Of a stretch of 64,000 bases of DNA, positions 45,740 to 56,277 are shown piece by piece (positions within the stretch are counted from its first letter, which is position 1; each line of letters opens with the position of its first letter). The notes beneath the pieces were generated by a model. That model saw nothing but the letters and a program-made list of their open reading frames with translations, was not told the origin of the DNA and did no database searches. The position numbers and the translations under genes were made by a program. Source of the stretch: an uncultured virus (IMG/VR IMGVR_UViG_3300042691_032560) (Duplodnaviria > Heunggongvirae > Uroviricota > Caudoviricetes); the IMG/VR virus record IMGVR_UViG_3300042691_032560; one strand, written 5' to 3'.

Positions 45740-48700
45740 TGGCAACAGTTAAAATAACAGACATATCAGGTTTAACGGCACCTTATGACATTTATGTTTG
45801 TGAACCAAATGGTGAAAATTGTGTATTTGTTTCAAGAGTTATTACTTACACATCAAAACCAATAGATATCACAGTACCCTACCCTTATGAAAATTCTCCT
45901 GAAGTAGGGGTAAAATTAGTTGCTTCCGATTGTCAAAATTTTAAATCATTTATCCCTCAAGACGTTTTCGAGGTATACGATTGTTGTGCTGGTATTAATA
46001 GATATGTCACCTTAGGTACCAACACACAACCTTTTGATTTATGGCGTATTACAATATGTTTATCAAATTGTTTGGACCCTATTAATTTAGTTGAATACAC
46101 TTTTTGTGGTTTAGTTCAGGATATTTCTTTTAGTACCGAGGATTACCCTACAAATTTTACGGAATTTTTATTGCCTAATGCAGAATGTTCAACAACATCT
46201 TATTGTTGTCCAGGAGGAGCTCCAGGAGCCGTAACACAAACTCCGACCATAACTCAAACTCAAACAAAAACTCCAACAAAAACTCAGACTCAAACAAAAA
46301 CTCCTACAAAAACTCCAACTCCAACGAAAACTCCTACAAATACAACAACAAGGACTCAAACACCTACAAAGACTAGAACTCAAACAAAAACTCCTCAAAA
46401 TACCGTAACTCCAACTGTTACCACAACTAAAACTCAAACACCTACCAATAACGATTTACCAACACCAACTCCAACTCAAACATTTTGTGTTACAAAAACT
46501 CCAACAAGAACTCCAACAAGAACTAATACTCAAACCCCAACAACAACTCAAACCCCAACAAATACTCCCACAAATACAATAACACAAACACAAACACGAA
46601 CTGAAACTAGAACACAAACACCCACCAAAACTCCAACTAAAACATCGACTCAAACACAAACTCCGACTCCTGACGTAACTCAAACCCCAACACAAACTAA
46701 AACACAAACTCAAACCAGAACTCAAACTAAAACTCCAACTAAAACTCAGACTCCGACTCAAACTAATACCCCAACAAACACAATAAGTCCAACTCAAACT
46801 AAAACTCCAACTAAAACTTCGACGCCAACAGTAACCCCTACAAAAACTTCAACAAAAACTCCAACTAATACTAAAACTCCAACTCCAACTAAAACTGAAA
46901 CTCCAACATCAACAAGTACTCCAACCCCAACACCACAACCAACTGATAGCCCAACACCAACAAGAACATCAACTAAAACTCCAACAAATACGCCAACTAA
47001 TACATCCACAGAAACACCAACTCCAACCCCAACAAAAACATCAACAAAAACCCCTACACCAACAAAAACTCAAACTCCTACGTCAACTCAAACACCGACT
47101 GAAACACCTACGCAAACACCAACTCCAAATCCAACTCTGAGTAATACTCCGACTAAAACATCCACCCCAACTCAAACAAAAACATCTACTCAAACACAAA
47201 CTCCAACTAAGACTCAAACACCAACTAAGACACCAACAAAAACATCAACTCAAACACCAACTAATACCCAAACACAAACACCAACATCAACACAAACACC
47301 AACCAATACTCCAACTCAAACCCAAACTCAAACCCAAACTAAAACTCCTACACGAACACCTGAAGTATCAGAAACTCCAACTCCGACACCAACCAACACA
47401 CAAACTCAAACTCCGACAAATACCCCAACTCAGAGTCAGACTCCAACCAACACTCCAACTCAAACTAAAACACAAACACCAACAAAAACATCAACTAACA
47501 CACCTACAAATACCCAGACTCAAACTCCAACAAACAGTCAAACTCCTACAAAAAGTCAAACTCCTACATCAACCCAAACACCAACACAAACACAAACACC
47601 AACACAAACACAAACACCTTCATTAACACCAGAAAAGAGCCCTCCCCCAACCGAAACTCCTACGCCAACCCCGACTCCGACTCCGGACCCTGAATGTGAT
47701 ATTTTAGTTGTTGAGATTATAGATACAACTCTAACACCAACACCAACATTAACACCAACAATAACGCCTACTAATGGAGATAATTGTCAAAATTGTTTTG
47801 CTTGGACGGTAAATATATTAGAGGAATATATTTTAAGTGCATCTGGTAATACTAATCCAATTATTAATGGACTTATTTATGTAAGATGGGTAGGATGTGA
47901 TGGATTACAAAAAATTCAAAATTATACTAGTTCAGGAGTTTATAATAATTATCCTAATTTATCAGGTGTCCCTTTAGGTGGAACTCCGCAAGTTTATTAT
48001 ACTCAAAATAATTTTACAATTTATGTAAATTCTGCCTTTACACGTCAAAACTATTGTTATAATATCGCCCCAACTCCAACACCAACACAAACCCCAGTTG
48101 GTTGTGTAGGTAAATTACCTGTTATTGGTGGTTATGTAAATTATTACGGGATATTAATAACAGCCACTGGTAGTGGTTATGCGGAACAATTATGGACTCA
48201 CACTAGTTGTGTATACGAAAACTCAGATACTGTATGGATAGGTTGTAGAGAGAACCCTCCAGGTGGTCCAATTGAATGTACTCCAACATTATACACACTG
48301 AATTTTAGTGAACCAATGAATAATTTAGTTTTCAGAATAACTATGTCTGACTTTATTGGTTGGTCAAGTAGAGAAACTTTTGTAGTGACGAGTGATTCAG
48401 GTCCGGTTACAATAACTTTAGTTGGTCCATGGTGTTATCAAGAAATTTCAGGTAACACTATTGCAACATTACCAGAACCTGGTACTGGTGGTGGTGAATA
48501 TAAAATTTCCTCACCAAACCCTTATACTAGTTTAACATTTAATTATTCAGACGGTAGCCCTCTTGGGGGTTCTACGATGGAAATTGTTTGTTCTAGTTTT
48601 AACCCGATACCTGTTACACCAACTCCAACTTTAACACCAAATAATTGTAATAATGGTTGTTTTAATTGGCAAGTAACCATAACACAACAAATGTTAGACA

Positions 48701-49410
48701 ATGCAGTTGGAAATTCAGTACCTGTTTGGAATGGTAGGGTTTATTTACAATATTTAGGTTGTGATGGTAATATATATACTTCAGCCTTCTCATCGGCCGG
48801 AACATATACAAACTCCCCGAATTCTATAGGGGTTTCTATTAGTTCGTGGTCAAACTTATACTACTATAATAATGGTGTAAATGTTCCATTGTTAAACGCC
48901 GTGACCAAAATAAATTGTTATCAAGATTATTTGGTTAACTGCGGAAATCTAATTTCACCTACAAATAACATGGGAAGTAACCTATTTAAATACAATTTAG
49001 GCTCTCAAATAGGTCAAGTTTACTTTGAATTTAGCGCTAATACATACCCTGATAGGTTTATAGTATATTGGAATAACCAAATAGTTATAGATACTGGTTT
49101 TAGGTCTGATAACGCTCTATTATATGGTCCATGGGTAGAATACTTAAATGGTTCTCCAATTGCCGGAGGTTCTACAGGATTTTCAACTTTTATGAAGAAC
49201 ATTTCTTCCCCATCCGAAGTATATGTAAAAGTAATATCAACAATTTTGGGGTCCGGTTACACATCAACCGCAGATTACAATTTTAGGTTATACTGTGTAA
49301 ACATAAACCCTCCTTCACCAACTCCAACAATTACCCCAACTTTAACACCTACTAATATACCAACTAATATAAACACAATATTTACTAAATTTAATTCAAA
49401 ACCTTTTTAG
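45739..49410 (+). CDS. putative virion fibre protein with a very long Thr/Pro mucin-like stalk
   Basis: roughly 480 aa T-x repeat tract; duplicated C-terminal module. Confidence 0.6.
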   Translation: MATVKITDISGLTAPYDIYVCEPNGENCVFVSRVITYTSKPIDITVPYPYENSPEVGVKLVASDCQNFKSFIPQDVFEVYDCCAGINRYVTLGTNTQPFDLWRITICLSNCLDPINLVEYTFCGLVQDISFSTEDYPTNFTEFLLPNAECSTTSYCCPGGAPGAVTQTPTITQTQTKTPTKTQTQTKTPTKTPTPTKTPTNTTTRTQTPTKTRTQTKTPQNTVTPTVTTTKTQTPTNNDLPTPTPTQTFCVTKTPTRTPTRTNTQTPTTTQTPTNTPTNTITQTQTRTETRTQTPTKTPTKTSTQTQTPTPDVTQTPTQTKTQTQTRTQTKTPTKTQTPTQTNTPTNTISPTQTKTPTKTSTPTVTPTKTSTKTPTNTKTPTPTKTETPTSTSTPTPTPQPTDSPTPTRTSTKTPTNTPTNTSTETPTPTPTKTSTKTPTPTKTQTPTSTQTPTETPTQTPTPNPTLSNTPTKTSTPTQTKTSTQTQTPTKTQTPTKTPTKTSTQTPTNTQTQTPTSTQTPTNTPTQTQTQTQTKTPTRTPEVSETPTPTPTNTQTQTPTNTPTQSQTPTNTPTQTKTQTPTKTSTNTPTNTQTQTPTNSQTPTKSQTPTSTQTPTQTQTPTQTQTPSLTPEKSPPPTETPTPTPTPTPDPECDILVVEIIDTTLTPTPTLTPTITPTNGDNCQNCFAWTVNILEEYILSASGNTNPIINGLIYVRWVGCDGLQKIQNYTSSGVYNNYPNLSGVPLGGTPQVYYTQNNFTIYVNSAFTRQNYCYNIAPTPTPTQTPVGCVGKLPVIGGYVNYYGILITATGSGYAEQLWTHTSCVYENSDTVWIGCRENPPGGPIECTPTLYTLNFSEPMNNLVFRITMSDFIGWSSRETFVVTSDSGPVTITLVGPWCYQEISGNTIATLPEPGTGGGEYKISSPNPYTSLTFNYSDGSPLGGSTMEIVCSSFNPIPVTPTPTLTPNNCNNGCFNWQVTITQQMLDNAVGNSVPVWNGRVYLQYLGCDGNIYTSAFSSAGTYTNSPNSIGVSISSWSNLYYYNNGVNVPLLNAVTKINCYQDYLVNCGNLISPTNNMGSNLFKYNLGSQIGQVYFEFSANTYPDRFIVYWNNQIVIDTGFRSDNALLYGPWVEYLNGSPIAGGSTGFSTFMKNISSPSEVYVKVISTILGSGYTSTADYNFRLYCVNINPPSPTPTITPTLTPTNIPTNINTIFTKFNSKPF
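46231..47690 (+). repeat. degenerate ACN-CCN/ACN-CAA coding repeat (T-P, T-Q, T-K)
   Basis: A/C-rich, G-poor 6 nt periodicity. Confidence 0.85.
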
Positions 49411-49415
49411 AAAAA

Positions 49416-50684
49416 ATGTTAACAGAAAATTTAAAAAAAATTATAGAGGAGTTTAACCTAAAAACCCCAAATAATGTAGGTGTTGGTTATGGATTCAAAA
49501 TATCAAATGGTATTGATACTAGAAAAGAATCCATAATATTTTTTGTACCTGAGAAAAAAAAATTATCTAATTTATTTCCTGAGGAAATTTTACCAAATGA
49601 ACCAATTACTATCGATAATAAAACTTACTTTATGGATGTTGTTGAAGTTGGTGAAATTGAGGTATTAGCTTGTAATCCTCAATGTAATCTTTGGATAACT
49701 AATCCTCCTCCTAATAGATTATATATCAGGCCAGTTCAGGGTGGCATTTCTTTAACGTCTAAAAGTAAATTAGGGTTTGTTGGTACTTTGGGATTTGTTG
49801 CCGTAGATATTGCAACACAGAGTTTAGTGGGGGTTACAAATAATCATGTGGTAATAAAAGATGCTTTTTACACAACACAAAGAAATTTGGGTGGAGTTAT
49901 TTTTAATGAATATAATTTAAACGATAACGGCTCATTAGAAGTAGATTTAGCGTACCAACCCGGTGAAAGTCCTTTGGGCCCTCCTCAAAACATTATAGGT
50001 CAAGTAGTAAGATACGTACCAATTTACTTGGGGTTCACAACAAATAATAAAGTAGATGGTGCTCTAATATCATTAAGTGGGACTCCAATTTTAAGTTTAA
50101 CCGAATCTTATAAACAATACGGACTAACAGGAAACACAACTCCAATCCCATTTGCCAGTACCGCAGAAATTGATTTATTATTAAGTACAAATCCAATACT
50201 ATATAGTAGTGGAAGAACAACCGGCGTAAAACAAGCTCCAACGTGTCCTTTAAGAGTTTATTCTTTGGGCACCACTCAACCAATTAGTGGGTATAAAATG
50301 CAAGGTAATATTGTCACGGCTTATTTTTCAGATTTAATAGCATTTGTTAGACCCGAAAACGACCCAAGTTTATCATCTTTATGTCTAAACCCAATAGCTG
50401 GAGGTGATTCAGGTTCAGCTCTTATCGCCGACTTTAGTGGAATTTGGAAAATTGTTGGTTTAAATTTTGCGGGTGGAGGAAATTTTGGTTTTGCCTGTAG
50501 AATTGACCATGTGGCTAGTGAATTAGGTATTCAAGCTTGGGACGGTTCATTAAAAAATTTAGTTGACCCAACAACAATACAATTTGTAACGGTTACAGGT
50601 ACAACTAATTCATATATGGTGAATTGCAGTGGTCAAACTTATTATCAAATGGGACTTACAATAACATCAAATCAGTGTAATTAG
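49416..50684 (+). CDS. trypsin-like serine protease with a Nal1-like N-terminal domain
   Basis: GTLG, TNNH144V, VD214GAL and GDS332GS; N-terminal VGVGYGFK...DVVEVG. Confidence 0.8.
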   Translation: MLTENLKKIIEEFNLKTPNNVGVGYGFKISNGIDTRKESIIFFVPEKKKLSNLFPEEILPNEPITIDNKTYFMDVVEVGEIEVLACNPQCNLWITNPPPNRLYIRPVQGGISLTSKSKLGFVGTLGFVAVDIATQSLVGVTNNHVVIKDAFYTTQRNLGGVIFNEYNLNDNGSLEVDLAYQPGESPLGPPQNIIGQVVRYVPIYLGFTTNNKVDGALISLSGTPILSLTESYKQYGLTGNTTPIPFASTAEIDLLLSTNPILYSSGRTTGVKQAPTCPLRVYSLGTTQPISGYKMQGNIVTAYFSDLIAFVRPENDPSLSSLCLNPIAGGDSGSALIADFSGIWKIVGLNFAGGGNFGFACRIDHVASELGIQAWDGSLKNLVDPTTIQFVTVTGTTNSYMVNCSGQTYYQMGLTITSNQCN

Positions 50685-50717
50685 AAAAATAAAGTATTTA
50701 TAATACAAAACGTATAG

Positions 50718-53700
50718 ATGCCAACAGTTTTAATAAGTTCCAATAATTTTAATGGTCAAATAGGTGATATTATATTTTATCCTTATACAGGTGGCACTGT
50801 AAATATTGGACCTCAGTTAATACCGTATTACTATACTGCGGATTATATCTATGGTACATATGAAGTTTATTTTGAAGGTTATGGTTTAGGTTGTAACTTT
50901 ACTCTACTTCCCCCGACTCCAACTCCCACTCCAACAAAAACACAAACACCCACTCCAACAAAAACACAAACACCCACAAAAACATCAACACAAACACAAA
51001 CACAGACCCCTACTAATACTCAAACTAAAACACAAACTCCAACCAATACTCAAACACAAACTCAAACTAAAACCCCAACACAAACACAGACACCTACTAA
51101 CACCCAAACTAAAACCCAAACACAAACATCAACTCCAACTAATACTCAAACTAAAACCCCAACACAAACACAAACATCAACTCCAACCCCAACTCCTAAT
51201 AATTCACCTACTCCAACTCAAACTCAAACTCCAACTAAAACCAGTACACCAACTAATACACCGACCCAAACATCAACCCAAACATCAACACCAACTAAAA
51301 CTAATACTCCCACAAATACATCAACACAAACACCTACACAAACACCTACACAAACATCAACTCAAACATCAACTCAAACACCTACACAAACATCGACTCA
51401 AACTAAAACACCAACTCAAACTAAAACACCAACACCCACACCTACTAGTTATCCGCCTGAGAACGCATTTTTCTTAGATTGTTGCCCTCCAAATAATTCT
51501 TTTCAAATATTTAATTTACCAAATATAATATTTACAGGTTTGGTAAATAACAACGTTTATTACATAACCAATTCAAGTTATACTGGTTGTGCAACATTTA
51601 CAACATCAATTAGTACAGCATTAAACAATTATAATTACGGTATAACCGATACAATTACTCTACAAACAGATTGTCCTACCTGTCTGTTGAGTAACTCTAT
51701 TGTATGTTCAACACCAACTCCTACCCCAACCCCTACCCAAACACAAACACCAACACAAACATCAACTCAAACTAAAACACCAACTCAAACACCGACCCAA
51801 ACATCAACTCCAACTAAGAGTCAAACCCCTACTAACACCCAAACTCCTACACGGACACAAACTAGAACTCAAACTCCAACACAAACTCAAACACCTACTC
51901 CAACGGCATTTTGTCTTGGTGATTGTATTTCTATCTATAGAACAGGTATTTGGAATTCAACATTCCAACCTGACCCTAATTATTTTATTAGGATAATAGC
52001 CGTTGACGCACCTTCGTTAACCACAATAGAATTACCAATACCTGATAACTCATATGAATTTGGTTACCCAGCATTTGATATTGCAATGTCTAGTAATAAA
52101 ATATGGGTAATACAAAGAGTTTTGGATGTTTTACCAGCTAGAATAATAATAAATGAAATTAATTATACTCGTTGTCCATTTGTTGCAACATTTAGTAAGA
52201 GATTTTATTATGGTTCTATAGGTCACCAAAGAGGGTTCGCATCTTTTGATGAAGGAGGTTTAAGTAGGTTAGTTCTTGTTGGCAACAATGCGTTTTTCCC
52301 AAATCAAGTATTTGAGATAACTCCAAGTTCAATTCCTAATTTAGGGGACGCCACTTCTTCCGCGGTATTAAGATTTAGTTATACCGCCGGTTTTGGAAAT
52401 AATAATAATCCATATGGTACTTCAGATAATCCTTGTAACCCTAATAGAGGAATTTTTGTTTATGACTTTATAGTAACAGACACTACTCCAAGAAAATTCA
52501 TTGCCGTTTTAGGTTGCAGTACTATGGAACCAATTGAGGAACAAAAAAGAGTTTTAGTTCAGTATGATTATTATACAGGAGTTATTGAAACATTAGTCGA
52601 TATAACTTCTTTTTTCCCAATATCGGGTGTTAATCCTATAATGGAAACTGCCGAAGGTTTATTCTACGAGAACGGATTTTATTATGTAATTTCTTATACA
52701 GGTAGAATCGTACAAGTTGAAGCTTCAAATCCTTTAAATATATCTTATTTAGGAGATGTAAATACATATTACACAAATCCTTTACAGTATAATCCACCAG
52801 ACGCCGCAAGTGTTTATTCTTGTGTCACTGAAGTTTTTGCCGTATCTACTCCAACTCCGACCCCAACTCCAACACAGACTCAAACCCCTACGCAAACTAA
52901 AACTCCAACAAATACATCAACACAAACACCGACCCAAACCCAAACATCAACCCAAACATCAACAAAAACATCAACTCAAACACCGACCCAAACATCAACT
53001 CCAACTAAGAGTCAAACCCCTACTAAAACTCAAACTCAAACACCAACTCAAAGTCAAACCCCTACTAAAACTCAAACCCCTACAAATACGTCGACTCCAA
53101 CCCCAACTCCAACTAACCCATATCAACCACCAGTTATTTTAGATGATTGTTTTATTTTGGTCAACACCTCAACAAAAATATATTACTTTAACCCAATTGG
53201 TAATACACTATCTGAAATAATAATACCAGGATTTTTCAATTCCGAGGATATTGCCCATTACTGGGACCCAGGTTCTCAAACAGGTAAACTTTGGCTATAT
53301 GGTGGCCCTGGTTCTGGTAATATTTTTATTAGAGAATGGATAATAACTTCATTAACGCCATTTACGGTTGGTTCTTTCAGGGATATAAGTTTCCCTCCTG
53401 GTATTTCATTCTTAGGCAAAGGTTTAGTTGCGGTTAATTCAAATACTTTAATTGGTAGTGAAACTTTGGTTAATCCAAATAGAATTATTAAAATCACTCT
53501 AAACCCATTCCCTAATAATACTTCAAGTTTTGTGTCGATGTTTAATTTACCAGGAAGTTTACTCACCCCAAATACAGTTACTGGTGATATTTTATTGACC
53601 ACAAATAATAAAGTTATATTTACCCAAACAAATCCAGGTACTCCTACATTCTTCTATATTACTCAACATGACTATATAACTAATTTAAGAGACTTCCCTG

Positions 53701-55622
53701 AGATACAGATAGGATGCACAAATTGCCCAAACCCTCCAACACCAAATATTACAGACGCAAATGCTATTTATCAAATAAATAATGAATTTTACTTTATCGA
53801 CCAAAGTACTGGTGATGTTTTCAATGTAAATTCAGACCCACCATATACAGCAACAACAACTTTTAATATAGGTGTAACCGGAGTTAAAGGAGCCTCACAA
53901 TCACCACAATGTATTGGTAGAAGTTTCACAGGTTCAAGCCCATTTTGGCAAGTTCAAAATGTGGTCGGTTCAAATCCAATGGAGGTTAGACAAGATTTTG
54001 GAAGTGGAACTAAAAAGTTTTATGTTGATTTGGGTGATGGTCAAACTTTTGGTGTTAATTTACCAAATACTACCACTCACACAACAAGTAAAACTTATAA
54101 TTCGGCGTTATATACCGCAACATTTGCCGATTATCAATTAAACGGAATTTTTCAAACATCAGGAACAATTGGTGCAATAACTTTTAGAAGAATATCAAAA
54201 GTAATAGATAACCCAGGCACATTTGATAGTTGGTCATCAATATCTAATTTAAGATTTGAATTTTGTACTTTCTCTAATTTATCAGGTATTGATGTTGTAA
54301 ATAGTGTATTCACAAGAATAGGATTTTTTAACCACAACAATCCAAATTTAGAGTTAAATTCATTTAATTTATCTAGTAGAATTAGAATTAATAATTTCCA
54401 AATTTGGAATAGTAATTTTACAGACTTTAGTCATAATTTATCATCTTGGACTAGTGTTAATATACTTTTCGTTTTATTTGCGGACACTCAATTAGTTAAT
54501 TTCACATTAATACCTCCTCCAGGTCTTAGAGATTTTCAGGTTTATAACTCTTCAGGTCAAAATAATTTAAAGTTTTTTGATGCTCCAAATGGTTTATTAA
54601 GTTGTACAACCTTAGAGAATGTGAATTTTGATAGAAACAGATTAACCGGATGGACTTATAACTTCCCCGCTAGTGTTAAGACCATTAGTATGGTTCAAAA
54701 TAGAGATACAGGTAACCCATTACTATTTGGTTTATCATCATTCACAATAAACTTAACCTCAAATACTTTACTCCAAACACTTGATTTAAATAATAATAGA
54801 ATAAACACTTTTACTAACACAATAATATCTTGTACTTCATTAATAACTTTAAATTTATCTTATAACGTATTAACTACTATACCACCTCTACCGAATTCAA
54901 TACAAACTTTAAATTTAGAAGCTAACGCTTTAACTTCTCTACCTGTGACATTACCAACCAGTTTAATTTATTTTAACGCTAACACAGTTACTGGAAGTGT
55001 CGGAGGAGGCATAAACACTATCCCCACTTGGACTCAAACTTTAACGACTAGCCCTAATCTACAAACATTTTTATTAAACGGTGTTTCTTTATCATCGTGG
55101 ACTCAAAACTTTCCATCTAATGTTAAATTAGTTTCTTTAACTAATAATAATTTAACCACGTTTAATATGAGCTATTTGTCCACCGCATCTAACTTCACAT
55201 TAAATTTAAGTAATAATTTTATAACAACGATAACTAATTTTAGTTCATCAATACAAGTTGCGGATTTAAATATTTCATCAAATCAAATAAATAACCAATA
55301 TAACATTTTACCATTAGGAAATACTTTCCCAACATCATTAACTGCATTAACTATGTCGATAAATCCTATTGTAAATTGGTCAATTTCTTTTGCAAGTGCA
55401 ACTTCTTTAAAGAGAGTTATTGCCGGAAACTGCGCTTTGAATCAAAGTAGTGTTGATTTTATTTTATGTAACTTGGCAAATAGCACCAGTTTAACAAATG
55501 GTACATTAACATTATCTAATGCTGTTGGTACCGCTAATCCAAACTCAAGTCCATCACCCGCTGGAATAGCATGTAAAACAACTTTAACAAGTGCCGGTAG
55601 AAATTGGTCCGTAACACCATAA
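50718..55622 (+). CDS. giant putative virion fibre protein: Thr/Pro stalks, two propeller-like domains, C-terminal LRR
   Basis: three TPTQT tracts; LQTLDLNNNRI and LITLNLSYNVL LRRs; TATTTAT 50695-50701. Confidence 0.65.
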   Translation: MPTVLISSNNFNGQIGDIIFYPYTGGTVNIGPQLIPYYYTADYIYGTYEVYFEGYGLGCNFTLLPPTPTPTPTKTQTPTPTKTQTPTKTSTQTQTQTPTNTQTKTQTPTNTQTQTQTKTPTQTQTPTNTQTKTQTQTSTPTNTQTKTPTQTQTSTPTPTPNNSPTPTQTQTPTKTSTPTNTPTQTSTQTSTPTKTNTPTNTSTQTPTQTPTQTSTQTSTQTPTQTSTQTKTPTQTKTPTPTPTSYPPENAFFLDCCPPNNSFQIFNLPNIIFTGLVNNNVYYITNSSYTGCATFTTSISTALNNYNYGITDTITLQTDCPTCLLSNSIVCSTPTPTPTPTQTQTPTQTSTQTKTPTQTPTQTSTPTKSQTPTNTQTPTRTQTRTQTPTQTQTPTPTAFCLGDCISIYRTGIWNSTFQPDPNYFIRIIAVDAPSLTTIELPIPDNSYEFGYPAFDIAMSSNKIWVIQRVLDVLPARIIINEINYTRCPFVATFSKRFYYGSIGHQRGFASFDEGGLSRLVLVGNNAFFPNQVFEITPSSIPNLGDATSSAVLRFSYTAGFGNNNNPYGTSDNPCNPNRGIFVYDFIVTDTTPRKFIAVLGCSTMEPIEEQKRVLVQYDYYTGVIETLVDITSFFPISGVNPIMETAEGLFYENGFYYVISYTGRIVQVEASNPLNISYLGDVNTYYTNPLQYNPPDAASVYSCVTEVFAVSTPTPTPTPTQTQTPTQTKTPTNTSTQTPTQTQTSTQTSTKTSTQTPTQTSTPTKSQTPTKTQTQTPTQSQTPTKTQTPTNTSTPTPTPTNPYQPPVILDDCFILVNTSTKIYYFNPIGNTLSEIIIPGFFNSEDIAHYWDPGSQTGKLWLYGGPGSGNIFIREWIITSLTPFTVGSFRDISFPPGISFLGKGLVAVNSNTLIGSETLVNPNRIIKITLNPFPNNTSSFVSMFNLPGSLLTPNTVTGDILLTTNNKVIFTQTNPGTPTFFYITQHDYITNLRDFPEIQIGCTNCPNPPTPNITDANAIYQINNEFYFIDQSTGDVFNVNSDPPYTATTTFNIGVTGVKGASQSPQCIGRSFTGSSPFWQVQNVVGSNPMEVRQDFGSGTKKFYVDLGDGQTFGVNLPNTTTHTTSKTYNSALYTATFADYQLNGIFQTSGTIGAITFRRISKVIDNPGTFDSWSSISNLRFEFCTFSNLSGIDVVNSVFTRIGFFNHNNPNLELNSFNLSSRIRINNFQIWNSNFTDFSHNLSSWTSVNILFVLFADTQLVNFTLIPPPGLRDFQVYNSSGQNNLKFFDAPNGLLSCTTLENVNFDRNRLTGWTYNFPASVKTISMVQNRDTGNPLLFGLSSFTINLTSNTLLQTLDLNNNRINTFTNTIISCTSLITLNLSYNVLTTIPPLPNSIQTLNLEANALTSLPVTLPTSLIYFNANTVTGSVGGGINTIPTWTQTLTTSPNLQTFLLNGVSLSSWTQNFPSNVKLVSLTNNNLTTFNMSYLSTASNFTLNLSNNFITTITNFSSSIQVADLNISSNQINNQYNILPLGNTFPTSLTALTMSINPIVNWSISFASATSLKRVIAGNCALNQSSVDFILCNLANSTSLTNGTLTLSNAVGTANPNSSPSPAGIACKTTLTSAGRNWSVTP

Positions 55623-55627
55623 AAAAA

Positions 55628-55650
55628 AACCACGTACTTAATACGTGGTT
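55628..55650. terminator. hairpin between convergent genes
   Basis: AACCACGTA-CTTAA-TACGTGGTT with a flanking A run. Confidence 0.65.
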
Positions 55651-55674
55651 AAATTATTTAATATTTTATTTTGA

Positions 55675-56274
55675 TTACCAAACTTTTTCTTGATTCATAT
55701 AACCAAGAACACAACAATAAGCATCCGATTGGTCAAAATTCTCTTTTTTAAGAGTATTGTTTTTAGTATATTGCCATTGAATCTGAGGTTCTCGTTTAGC
55801 AACCAAATCCCATATAATTTGTTTTTTATCAATATCTTTAGGTAATCCTCCAAACAATACATGTTTACCTTTGTCGTTTTTTTGAACTAACTCAGGAAAC
55901 GCATTTTTTCTTGAATTATAAGTTGAAATAAATTCGGGTACTATTCCTAAAACATCGTATATTTCTTTAGTAATCAGAGTATTAAATCTCAATAATGTAC
56001 CTATGGTATAAACATTATTCGAATTAAGTAATGGCTCTTCGATTACCACATTAGTAATACCTAAATCTTTGTACTGTAATAACTTTGTTCTGAATATTTC
56101 AGCCTTAGATAATAGTTCATGTATCTTATTCTCAGTTTTAGGTTTTGGTCTAGGGGATATATGAGTTAACTCTAATAACTCTTTAGACATAATATCAAAT
56201 AACGCCCATCCTATTGTACTCGTAGATACATCAAGTCCAAGAATTTTTGGACTTTCCTTTAAAGATTTTTTCAT
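55675..56274 (-). CDS. RuvC-like Holliday junction resolvase
   Basis: ILGLDVS, VIEE and DQSDAY acidic catalytic motifs. Confidence 0.75.
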   Translation of the reverse strand: MKKSLKESPKILGLDVSTSTIGWALFDIMSKELLELTHISPRPKPKTENKIHELLSKAEIFRTKLLQYKDLGITNVVIEEPLLNSNNVYTIGTLLRFNTLITKEIYDVLGIVPEFISTYNSRKNAFPELVQKNDKGKHVLFGGLPKDIDKKQIIWDLVAKREPQIQWQYTKNNTLKKENFDQSDAYCCVLGYMNQEKVW

Positions 56275-56277
56275 AAA

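Noticed and set aside
46231..53120. CRISPR array or telomere-like repeat
   Set aside because: Repeats are degenerate, in-frame Thr/Pro codons inside long ORFs; there is no constant repeat-spacer pattern and no cas operon.
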